A stretch of DNA of 15,359 nt from Thermovirgaceae bacterium (GTDB taxonomy: Bacteria; Synergistota; Synergistia; Synergistales; Thermovirgaceae): positions 1 to 15,359 of the forward strand of contig JBKHBH010000043.1 in assembly GCA_046542505.1 (NCBI GenBank), in the 5' to 3' direction. The first letter of the stretch is position 1. Every line of letters starts with the position of its first letter. Made by a program: the position numbers and the translations under genes. The notes under the pieces are model-generated. The model was given only the letters and a program-made list of their open reading frames with translations, did no database searches and had not been told where the DNA came from. Shown here in pieces: positions 7,979 through 15,359 of this stretch.

Positions 7979-8743
7979 ATGGAAAGGAAGGAAATAAAGG
8001 ACAGGAAGGACAGGGGAATAACGGGCGGTCTGATGTTTTTGGGGTTTTTTCTTGCCTTTGGGATGATCGTATCGGCTTTTCTGGTCGCCGGGACAGTGGA
8101 GAAAGTAAAACTCTCCAACCAGACAATCACGGTGAAAGGCTTTGCCCAGAAGTTGGTTACCTCCGACGTGGCGACCTGGTCGGGGCAGATAACCGTCAGG
8201 GCAGCGGAGCTTGTTGAGGCGTCGGGGAAACTCGAAGCCGACAGGGACAAGGTGCTCGAATATTTCCGTGTTCATGGTGTCCCGGAAGAGCAGCTTGCCC
8301 TTTCGGGCGTGGATACCTTTCCCCGGTACAAGCGGACCCAGGAAGGGCGGGAGACCAACGAGATAGACCATTATCAGCTCCAGCAGACGGTGACGCTCTC
8401 TTCCGACGATGTACGGCTTGTGGAGCAGCTTGCCCGGTCATCGTCGGGGCTTCTGGGAGAGGGTGTGGAGTTTTTCGCCTACGCGCCGCAGTACTTTTAC
8501 AGCGGCCTCGAAGCCGCGAAGATCGAGCTGTTGGGCGAGGCTACGAAAAACGCAAGGGAGAGGGCGAAGCAGCTGGCTGAAGGTAGCGGCGGTCAGGTCG
8601 GGAAACTGCGTTCGGCGAGTCAGGGTGTTTTCCAGATCACCCAGCCCTATTCCACCGATGTGGAAGACTACGGCATGTATGACACCACCACCATTGAAAA
8701 GGCCATCAAGGCCGTTGTGACCATCCAGTACACCATCCGGTAA
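7979..8743 (+). CDS. SIMPL domain (DUF541) membrane-anchored protein
   Basis: N-terminal TM helix, ITVKGFAQKLVTSD.A.W, ELLGEATKNARERAKQLA, LRSASQGVFQIT, K.IKAVVTIQY. Confidence 0.85.
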   Translation: MERKEIKDRKDRGITGGLMFLGFFLAFGMIVSAFLVAGTVEKVKLSNQTITVKGFAQKLVTSDVATWSGQITVRAAELVEASGKLEADRDKVLEYFRVHGVPEEQLALSGVDTFPRYKRTQEGRETNEIDHYQLQQTVTLSSDDVRLVEQLARSSSGLLGEGVEFFAYAPQYFYSGLEAAKIELLGEATKNARERAKQLAEGSGGQVGKLRSASQGVFQITQPYSTDVEDYGMYDTTTIEKAIKAVVTIQYTIR

Positions 8744-8786
8744 CGTCCGGCAGGGACACCAGCTCTTGAGGGGGAGGGGTTTTCTA

Positions 8787-9587
8787 TTGGGCGAAGGGAA
8801 AAATCATGAAATCGAAGATCCGACCCCGGGGATTTTCGGGGTGCTGGCCTTTGCGGTGATCTTTCTGGCAGCCCTGTGGTTCGGGGCAGCTTCTGCGGAA
8901 GCATGGACCTACGAGGAGCTCGTCGAAACCTACGGACAAAAGGCGGAACTTCAGCCCGAGGCGGAAGCTCTTGGCAGAAAGCTCTTGTCCGAGGCCGGAG
9001 ACCTCGAGGGTGTCGCGCTCTGGAGGGCCGTCGTCGACCCGGCTACGCCCGCCAGGAGGCGGGCCGCCGCGGGACTCAAACTGGTGCGGGAGGTTTTCCC
9101 CGGAGGTGATCCCGCCAGGTGGAACGATGTTTCGGGCTTCTGGCACCCCGCCATGGTGCCCAAGCCTCTCGCGGCCTTTGACGCCGTCTATTACACGGCT
9201 ATCGGCCTTCTCGGCCTTGAGGAGCCAGGGGCACCGTGGCTTGCGCGGCAGCTTCTTGTGGAACTGAAAAAGTCATCGAGGGCCGCCCACGTGGCTTTGC
9301 GCGAGGCGCCCGCCGAATATGAAATCCTTCTCTTGCGCCTGGATGAAGCCACGGGGCTCGTTCCGACGGGCGGCTGGCCCCGGGGGAAGACCACGGGAAA
9401 GCTGCCTTTCGCGAGGCCCATCAGGTCTTACGTTGGTGCCGAATACGCGTTGATGCAGGGAATGACCTTTCTCAATGGTTCCGGCGTTCCCGTTTCGGGC
9501 ATGGGGCCTTTTGCCTGGGACAGGAAACGGGGCGCCATATACAGGGTCATCGTTGAAGAAGACTTTTTCCGGCTCTGGAGGCGTTAG
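8787..9587 (+). CDS. Hypothetical exported protein (start uncertain)
   Basis: Long ORF filling the gap; hydrophobic stretch ending AASAEA (signal peptidase I-like). In-frame TTG 8787 has SD GGAGG 8773-8777; see finding on out-of-frame ATG 8806. Confidence 0.7.
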   Translation: MGEGKNHEIEDPTPGIFGVLAFAVIFLAALWFGAASAEAWTYEELVETYGQKAELQPEAEALGRKLLSEAGDLEGVALWRAVVDPATPARRRAAAGLKLVREVFPGGDPARWNDVSGFWHPAMVPKPLAAFDAVYYTAIGLLGLEEPGAPWLARQLLVELKKSSRAAHVALREAPAEYEILLLRLDEATGLVPTGGWPRGKTTGKLPFARPIRSYVGAEYALMQGMTFLNGSGVPVSGMGPFAWDRKRGAIYRVIVEEDFFRLWRR

Positions 9588-9596
9588 GAGGAAATG

Positions 9597-9631
9597 TTGA
9601 CAGAACCAAAAAGTTCGCTCATCATTGATGA
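9597..9631 (+). promoter_or_regulatory. sigma70 promoter with overlapping palindromic operator
   Basis: TTGACA (9597-9602), 17-nt spacer, CATCAT (9620-9625); perfect inverted repeat TCATCA-T-TGATGA (9619-9631). Confidence 0.6.
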
Positions 9632-9670
9632 ACAGCAAGATGACATAGCAGAATCCTGGGAGCGGGGACA

Positions 9671-10372
9671 ATGAATCCTGAAGCGGCGGAGCAGGAACTT
9701 TTCGTCCTGCGGCTTCTCGAGGAAACTGAAGGCCCCGTCGGTGCGGGAACGGTGCGCGAGTTCCTTGCCTCCGAGGGGTTTTCCGCCAGCGAGGCTACCG
9801 TGGGAAGACTCCTCAGGGATCTGGATCGGCGGGGTCTGACAAGCCGTGTAGGGTTCCAGGGAAGGGTTTTGACGGACCTGGGTTCCAGGCGCCTGACGGA
9901 ACTTTCAGAGGCCAGACAGCAGGAAGCCTCGGCGGGAACACTTTTGGAACGAATACACGCCTCCAGCGATGATGCCGCCTTGGATTTGCTGATCGCCAGG
10001 GAAACCGTGGAGGGCCGGATCGCGCGGCTTGCAGCCGAAAGGTGCGAGAACACATCCCGGGAAGAAGTCATTTCAGCCCTGGAGGGGTGGAAAAACCCGC
10101 GAGGTAACGATTCCGGGGCAATGGAAGCGTACAGGGCCTTTTTCGAAACACTCGCGAAGCTTGCCGGAAACGGCATACTTGCGGCCATGGACGGGATCCT
10201 CCTTGCAAAGGATGGAGGATCCGCCCTGTCCTCCGGAGCAAGTGAAGCCGTGACGGAAGATCTCGAAGCCCTTGCGCACGCCGTCTGCGGAAAAGATCCC
10301 GACGCCGCCGAAAACGCCGTCCAAACTCATATACAAAGGCTCTTGAAAGGCCGTAAAAAACAAAAAGTCTGA
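9671..10372 (+). CDS. Transcriptional regulator, winged HTH plus FCD (FadR-like) effector domain
   Basis: N-terminal wHTH (SEATVGRLLRDLDRRGL...GRVLT); C-terminal FCD-like (LLIARETVEGRIARLAA, LAGNGIL, DPDAAENAVQTHI). Confidence 0.8.
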   Translation: MNPEAAEQELFVLRLLEETEGPVGAGTVREFLASEGFSASEATVGRLLRDLDRRGLTSRVGFQGRVLTDLGSRRLTELSEARQQEASAGTLLERIHASSDDAALDLLIARETVEGRIARLAAERCENTSREEVISALEGWKNPRGNDSGAMEAYRAFFETLAKLAGNGILAAMDGILLAKDGGSALSSGASEAVTEDLEALAHAVCGKDPDAAENAVQTHIQRLLKGRKKQKV

Positions 10373-10437
10373 AAGGCCCACCGGCGTTTTCGGCGGCGGG
10401 TTCTTAAAAAGACAGTCGCTCAAGGAGGGAACGCCGG

Positions 10438-12102
10438 ATGGAAAAAGGATGTAAAACCCGAAGTCTGATTCTGATCGTCGCTGCGTCAACTGCGTTTTTT
10501 GGCTCATGCGGGGTTGCTTTCGCGGCCAGGGAGACAGGGTCGGCTTTCGGGGCTCTCTCGCTTTTACCCCCCGTTATCGCCATAGCACTCTGTATCATCA
10601 CCAGGGAAGTGATCCCGTCGCTGTTTCTGGGGATCTGGTTTGCGGGAACCATGCTCGCCGGCTGGAACCCGGTGACAGGTTTCGGCAAGGCCGTGGAAGC
10701 GCTCTGGAACAACCTCGGCGACCCCTGGTCTGCCAGGATCGTCTTGACGAGCCTTACCATGGGCGGCCTGGTGGGGATCATGAAGGTGGGCGGCGGGATC
10801 GATGCCATCGTACGCTGGATCACCAGGAAAATCAGCAGCGCTAAAAGCGCCATGGTCTTCACGGAAGTGGCCGGTTTCTTCATCTTTTTCGAGGATTACG
10901 TGAACACTCTCGTGGTGGGTACCACCATGAGCCCGATCACCGACAAGTACAGAATCTCGAAGGAAAAACTGTCATACATCGTGGATTCCACGGCGGCGCC
11001 CATCGCCTGCATCGCGGGGATTTCGTCCTGGATCGCCTACATGGTGGGACAGATCGGGACCCAGTTCAGCGACCTGGGGATTACTCTCTCCCCCTACGTG
11101 ACCTATCTGAAGTCCATTCCCTTCATCCTGTACAACCTGGCCGCCCTGGTGCTTTTGACCTTCGTCGTCTTCTCGGGACGTGATTTCGGCCCCATGCTGG
11201 TTGCGGAACGCCGGGCCAGGCGGGAGGGCAAGATCCTCAGAGATGATGCGAAACCCCTGATCAACCCGAACCAGGTGGAGGACGAACCAGACGAGGACAC
11301 GCCCAGGCGGGTCATCAACTTCGCCCTGCCCCTGGCGACGCTGGTGGGACTGATCTTCCTGATGCTGCTGGTCACCGGTGGATGGCCGTCGGTGGATGTG
11401 GCCACGGCGATCGGCGAGGGAAACAGCTCGAAGTCGCTGGTCTACGGGGCCTTCGGTTCCGTGTTCCTGACGCTGATGCTCTACCGGATTCAGGGCATAT
11501 CCTCATGGGGGCGCCTTTTCAAGGGATATATGGAAGGCATGCGCTCCATCTTCTATGGCACGCTGATCCTGATCTTCGCCTGGGGCATCGGGTCCATGGT
11601 GAAACAGGTTGAAACTGCAGGATACATCGTCTCCCTCACCCGGGACCTGCTCTCGCCGGGATGGGTGCCGATGATCACCTTCGTGACAGGGGCCGTGATC
11701 GCTTTCTGCACGGGGACCTCCTACGGCACCATGGCCGTGCTGATGCCGATTGTCGTCCCGCTGGTGCACGCCGTTTCGGGCAATCTGGGGTTGGATCCCA
11801 TGACCTACATGATCCCTACAATTGGGGCCGTCTTCGCCGGGGCCGTTTGGGGAGACCACTCGAGCCCCATTTCGGACACCACCATCATGTCATCCATGTT
11901 CACCGGGTCTGACCACATGGACCACGTGAACACCCAGATCCCCTACGCCCTGCTTGCGGCGCTGGGAGCCGTGACAGGCTACGCGGGGGTGGCCTTCGGC
12001 ATCCCCACGGCGGCCTCCGTCGCCCTTGCCCTGGCGGTGCCGGTGGTGATTTTTCGGGTCATCTCGAGGCCTGTGGAAGAAGAGGAAAGACCGGCCGGAT
12101 AA
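10438..12102 (+). CDS. Na+/H+ antiporter NhaC-family membrane protein (possibly an amino-acid transporter)
   Basis: Many TM segments; FFEDYVNTLVVG, ISKEKLSYIVDSTAAP, GTSYGT, GAVWGDHSSPISDTTIMSS, HMDHVNTQIPYA; SD AAGGAGG 10421-10427. Confidence 0.9.
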   Translation: MEKGCKTRSLILIVAASTAFFGSCGVAFAARETGSAFGALSLLPPVIAIALCIITREVIPSLFLGIWFAGTMLAGWNPVTGFGKAVEALWNNLGDPWSARIVLTSLTMGGLVGIMKVGGGIDAIVRWITRKISSAKSAMVFTEVAGFFIFFEDYVNTLVVGTTMSPITDKYRISKEKLSYIVDSTAAPIACIAGISSWIAYMVGQIGTQFSDLGITLSPYVTYLKSIPFILYNLAALVLLTFVVFSGRDFGPMLVAERRARREGKILRDDAKPLINPNQVEDEPDEDTPRRVINFALPLATLVGLIFLMLLVTGGWPSVDVATAIGEGNSSKSLVYGAFGSVFLTLMLYRIQGISSWGRLFKGYMEGMRSIFYGTLILIFAWGIGSMVKQVETAGYIVSLTRDLLSPGWVPMITFVTGAVIAFCTGTSYGTMAVLMPIVVPLVHAVSGNLGLDPMTYMIPTIGAVFAGAVWGDHSSPISDTTIMSSMFTGSDHMDHVNTQIPYALLAALGAVTGYAGVAFGIPTAASVALALAVPVVIFRVISRPVEEEERPAG

Positions 12103-12142
12103 CCGCTGCTCCTGGGAGTTCCGGCCAAAAGACATTTTTACG

Positions 12143-12194
12143 GCAACAGCCAAAAGACCAGACGCCGGGGGGTGTCTGGTCTTTTGACTGTTGC
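12143..12194. terminator. Long bidirectional intrinsic terminator hairpin
   Basis: 24-bp inverted repeat GCAACAGcCAAAAGACCAGACgCC / GGtGTCTGGTCTTTTGaCTGTTGC with a 4-nt loop and T-tracts on both strands, between convergent genes. Confidence 0.8.
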
Positions 12195-12249
12195 GCGGCG
12201 CTTTCGCCGCTTTGTCTGGAAGTCTCTCAAAGGGGGACTTCAAGAGGTT
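12143..12249 (-). ncRNA. Candidate small regulatory RNA (~100 nt)
   Basis: Own promoter immediately upstream; three hairpins (UCCCC loop, AAAG loop, CCCC-loop terminator with UUUU); no credible ORF. Confidence 0.5.
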
Positions 12250-12255
12250 AAATTA

Positions 12256-12284
12256 ATAGTACTCACTTTTGATATCCCTGTCAA
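12256..12284 (-). promoter_or_regulatory. Near-consensus sigma70 promoter pointing leftward
   Basis: Minus strand TTGACA (12284-12279), 17 nt, TACTAT (12261-12256), AT-rich discriminator. Confidence 0.7.
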
Positions 12285-12358
12285 AGAACCTAGCCACTTC
12301 GCGGTCACGCAGGCAGCCCCCCTTGCGAAAAAATTGTCGGAGCCCCGGGGCCGCCGGT

Positions 12359-13363
12359 TTAAAGATTCGGGCCGGCGACCTCCTTCCTGAGGTCGAGCAG
12401 CCGGTTCCTGTCGACGATGACGATGAGCTCGTCGCCCTGTTCCATGACGTGGGAGCTCCCGGGATTGTAGAAGTATTCGCCGGACTCTTTCTTGACGGCG
12501 ATGACCATGGCGTTGTACCGGGAACGCAGGGGCGACTCGGCCAGGGTCTTGCCTATGAGCTCGCTGTTGCGTTTTACGGGGATGGAGTCGAAGGCGATGT
12601 CCAGGTCCCTCGAGATGTTGACGATCTCCAGAAAGCTCGCCACGGCCGGCTTGACCGAGGCCCAGGCGATGGCCGCCGCCCCGGCGACGACGGGGTTGAT
12701 GACCTTTTCCGCCCCGGCCTTGTAGAAGACTCCCATGGACTTTCGGTCCGTTGCCCTGGCGATGACGCGCAAATCCGGGTTCAGGGACCGCCCCGTGATG
12801 ATCACGTAGACGTTGTCCGCGTCATCGGAAAGGGTGGTGATAAGCCCGGCGGCGCGTTTGACGCCAGCGCTCTCCAGGGCTTCCTCGTCCCTGGCGTCGC
12901 CCTGCTGGACGATCCATCCCCGTTCACGGGCGGCGGCCACCTTCCGGTCCGCTACCTCCAGGGCCATGCAGGGGATGTGGTCCCTGTGGAGGTGTTCGAT
13001 GACTTCCATCCCGACCCGTCCGAGACCGCAGACGATCCAGTGTTTTTCCATCCTGTCCACCCGTGTATCCCTCCTTTTGCCCAGCGCCGACAAGAGCCGT
13101 TCCACCAAAAAGTAGCGGGTGACCTGGCTGACGGCGTAGCCCGCCGTGCCGATCCCCAGAATCACCAGAAAGGCGATGAAAAGCTTCCCGGCGTCGTTCA
13201 GGTCGGGGGGGGCATTGTACCCCACCGTCGCCAGGGTGATGATGGTGTAGTAGACGGAATCGACGACGGAAAGGTCCGTCAGGGTGTAGAACCCTATGAT
13301 TCCGACGGCGAAGACGGAAACAAGCAGAAAGAGCCATGCCCATGCGGGCCGCAACTGTTTCAC
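12359..13363 (-). CDS. Potassium channel protein, 2TM pore plus TrkA-N/TrkA-C (RCK) domains
   Basis: Pore helix and filter YYTIITLATVGYN; Rossmann IVCGLGRVG, GDA, DDADN, RVIARA, GAEKVINP; TrkA-C LIGKTLAES...GDELIV; GTG start with SD AAGGGGGGAG. Confidence 0.92.
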   Translation of the reverse strand: MKQLRPAWAWLFLLVSVFAVGIIGFYTLTDLSVVDSVYYTIITLATVGYNAPPDLNDAGKLFIAFLVILGIGTAGYAVSQVTRYFLVERLLSALGKRRDTRVDRMEKHWIVCGLGRVGMEVIEHLHRDHIPCMALEVADRKVAAARERGWIVQQGDARDEEALESAGVKRAAGLITTLSDDADNVYVIITGRSLNPDLRVIARATDRKSMGVFYKAGAEKVINPVVAGAAAIAWASVKPAVASFLEIVNISRDLDIAFDSIPVKRNSELIGKTLAESPLRSRYNAMVIAVKKESGEYFYNPGSSHVMEQGDELIVIVDRNRLLDLRKEVAGPNL

Positions 13364-13375
13364 CGTCTCCCCCCT

Positions 13376-13405
13376 TTGCCCTTTGCGCCCTTCTGCCTAT
13401 AGAAT
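13376..13405 (+). promoter_or_regulatory. Putative sigma70 promoter for xth-corA
   Basis: TTGCCC (13376-13381), 18 nt, TAGAAT (13400-13405). Confidence 0.4.
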
Positions 13406-13441
13406 GAACGAAACACCATGAATGAAAAGCGGGTGACCGGC

Positions 13442-14227
13442 ATGAAAGGCTTCACGATCGCGACGTTCAACGTCAACTCCGTGCGCAGCAGGATGCACAT
13501 CATCGAACCATGGCTTCATGATAGCAGAGTGGATATCCTCTGTCTTCAGGAGACGAAAACCAGGAACGAGGAATTCCCCGAGGCCACCTTCAACGACTTG
13601 GGCTACAGGACGGTCTACTCGGGAGAGAAGGGGTATAACGGCGTGGCCGTGGCGTCCGCCGATACGCCCGACGAGGTGAGTTTCGGCCTCAGGGACAAAG
13701 AGGAGCCCGACGGGACGACGCGGATGATCCACTGCCGTTTCGGCGACCTCAACGTGATCAATCTCTACATTCCCCAGGGGAAGGCCATCGACCACCCGGA
13801 CTTCCCCATGAAGCTCCGCTTTTTCCAGCGGCTTGCGGGATATCTCGACAAAAACCTGTCCCCGAAAGACAAACTCGTCATCGTGGGCGACCTCAACGTG
13901 GCGCCCACGGATATCGACGTGACGCACCCCGAACGGAAGCGCGACCACGTCTGCTTTCACGAGGACGTCAAAAAGGCCTTCCAGAATCTTCTGGACTGGG
14001 GGCTCGTGGACGTCTTCCGGAAGTACCGGCCCGGCGAGGGGGAGTTTTCCTTCTGGGACTACAGGGTGAAAAACTCGGTGGAGAGGAACATCGGCTGGAG
14101 GATCGACCATGTTCTGGCCACTCCTCCGCTGGCGAAGGCATCGAAAGACGCCTGGGTGGACAGAACCCCCAGGATCTGGGAGAAGCCGTCGGACCATACG
14201 CCGGTGGTGGCCGCCTTCGACCACTAG
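13442..14227 (+). CDS. xth: Exodeoxyribonuclease III (AP endonuclease)
   Basis: ATFNVNS, LCLQETK, GYNGVA, LYIPQG, GDLNVA, FSFWDYR, GWRIDH, SDHTPV. Start at ATG 13442 preferred (GGGTGA upstream); 13418 is the alternative. Confidence 0.95.
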   Translation: MKGFTIATFNVNSVRSRMHIIEPWLHDSRVDILCLQETKTRNEEFPEATFNDLGYRTVYSGEKGYNGVAVASADTPDEVSFGLRDKEEPDGTTRMIHCRFGDLNVINLYIPQGKAIDHPDFPMKLRFFQRLAGYLDKNLSPKDKLVIVGDLNVAPTDIDVTHPERKRDHVCFHEDVKKAFQNLLDWGLVDVFRKYRPGEGEFSFWDYRVKNSVERNIGWRIDHVLATPPLAKASKDAWVDRTPRIWEKPSDHTPVVAAFDH

Positions 14228-14255
14228 CAGACTTCCCGTAAAGAGGGTGGGAAAA

Positions 14256-15329
14256 ATGATATCTCCGAAAAGATTCCTGAAAAGACGTGCGCCCGCTCCC
14301 GGCTTGCCGCCGGGGACGCTTGTCCATGTGGGGGAGCGGAAGACCGAAGAGGCCCGGATCACCCTCATCGACTATGCCGAGGGGCGGTTTTCCTCGGAGC
14401 AGGCGGCAAACGCCGAAGCCTGCAGGGAACGTCTTCCGGAAGAAGGCGTTCTCTGGATCAATGTGGACGGCATCCATGACCTGGAACTTCTGGAGTCCTT
14501 CGGGAAGCATTTCGGGATTCACCGGCTGGTGCTGGAGGATATCTGCAACACCGACCAGAGGCCGAAAATGGAGGATCATGGAGAGTATCTGTATATCGTC
14601 CTCAAGATGGCCGACTACGATGAAGCAACGAAGAGTGTGGACATGGAACAGGTGAGCCTGATCCTCATGAAAGGATGTGTCATCACCTTCCAGGAGAAGC
14701 CCGGTGACGTCTTCGACCCCGTTCGGGACCGGCTTCGCACCGGCAGGGGAAAGATTCGAAGCAAGGGGGCGGATTACCTCGCCTATGCGTTGCTCGACGC
14801 CGTGGTGGACCGGTACTTCCTGCTTCTGGAAAAACTCGGCGACGACGTGGAGGCCCTCGACGAGCAGATCCTTACCGACCCGGGGGAAGAAGCCGTCCGG
14901 AACCTCCACGCCCTCAAGCGCGAGATGATTTTCTTGCGGAAGGCGGCCTGGCCCATGAGGGAAATCGTGGGCCGGCTCGAACGGGGCGGCAGCGTGCTTG
15001 TCACCGCCGACACGGCCTTCTACCTCCGGGACCTCTACGACCATGCCGTGCAGGTAATGGACAGCATCGAGACCTTCCGTGACGTGCTCTCGGGGCTTTT
15101 GGACATCTACCTGTCCAGCGCCGGCAACAGAATGAACGAGATCATGAAGGTCTTGACCATTATCGCGACCATATTCATCCCCCTCACCTTCATTGCCGGG
15201 ATCTACGGCATGAACTTCGAGCATATGCCGGAACTTGCGCTCCCCTGGGCCTATCCCGCCATCTGGGCCGTCATGCTAACCCTGGCGGGAGGCATGCTGG
15301 TTTTTTTCAGGAAGAAGAAGTGGATCTGA
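14256..15329 (+). CDS. corA: Magnesium/cobalt transporter CorA
   Basis: GLPPGTL, WINVDG, LVLEDI...QRPK, MNEIMKVLTIIATIFIPLTFIAGIYGMNFEHMPEL (GMN motif); start at ATG 14256 with SD GAGGG 14243-14247. Confidence 0.97.
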   Translation: MISPKRFLKRRAPAPGLPPGTLVHVGERKTEEARITLIDYAEGRFSSEQAANAEACRERLPEEGVLWINVDGIHDLELLESFGKHFGIHRLVLEDICNTDQRPKMEDHGEYLYIVLKMADYDEATKSVDMEQVSLILMKGCVITFQEKPGDVFDPVRDRLRTGRGKIRSKGADYLAYALLDAVVDRYFLLLEKLGDDVEALDEQILTDPGEEAVRNLHALKREMIFLRKAAWPMREIVGRLERGGSVLVTADTAFYLRDLYDHAVQVMDSIETFRDVLSGLLDIYLSSAGNRMNEIMKVLTIIATIFIPLTFIAGIYGMNFEHMPELALPWAYPAIWAVMLTLAGGMLVFFRKKKWI

Positions 15330-15359
15330 CGGCCTGTTATTTCACAGAACACCGAGTCA

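Noticed and set aside
10376..10405. Hairpin between the regulator and the transporter as a terminator or riboswitch
   Set aside because: Two mismatches in an 11-bp stem, weak U-tract, and the 65-nt spacer is too short for an S-box, T-box or lysine riboswitch.
12140..12220. Resemblance of the candidate sRNA to a c-di-GMP-I riboswitch (CAAA-stem-GAAA-stem-GCAA...GUUGCC)
   Set aside because: Lacks GGCAAA, the GACGCAAAG junction and a tetraloop receptor; the final stem is a simple near-perfect terminator.
12172..12390. 72-aa ORF antisense to the candidate sRNA, as a possible type I toxin
   Set aside because: Starts inside the terminator hairpin and has no TM-length hydrophobic segment.
12269..15224. 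Long antisense ORFs (377, 323 and 418 aa) opposite the K+ channel, xth and corA
   Set aside because: Shadow ORFs expected from high-GC codon usage; the opposite strand encodes clear conserved proteins.

Overview
This window is the chromosomal replication-origin region of a GC-rich bacterium; the gene content is compatible with Synergistota, which is an inference only. On the minus strand at the left are the N-terminus of a cysteine desulfurase/class V aminotransferase (absent from the ORF track) and an NrnB-like DHH phosphoesterase divergent from dnaA. DnaA-box clusters flank dnaA, and the dnaA-dnaN spacer holds a Bacillus-type unwinding element (tandem boxes, CCC spacer, DnaA-trios, AT-rich tract). 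The plus strand then carries dnaA-dnaN-recF-mnmG-DUF721/DciA, a SIMPL protein, an exported hypothetical protein, a wHTH-FCD regulator and an NhaC-family transporter. These are followed by a convergent RCK-gated K+ channel, xth and corA. No mobile element, CRISPR array, tRNA or rRNA is evident. The most notable unexplained feature is a near-consensus minus-strand sigma70 promoter (TTGACA-17-TACTAT) between the convergent nhaC-family and K+ channel genes. It would drive a ~100-nt three-hairpin RNA with C-rich loops ending in an intrinsic terminator, a candidate new sRNA.
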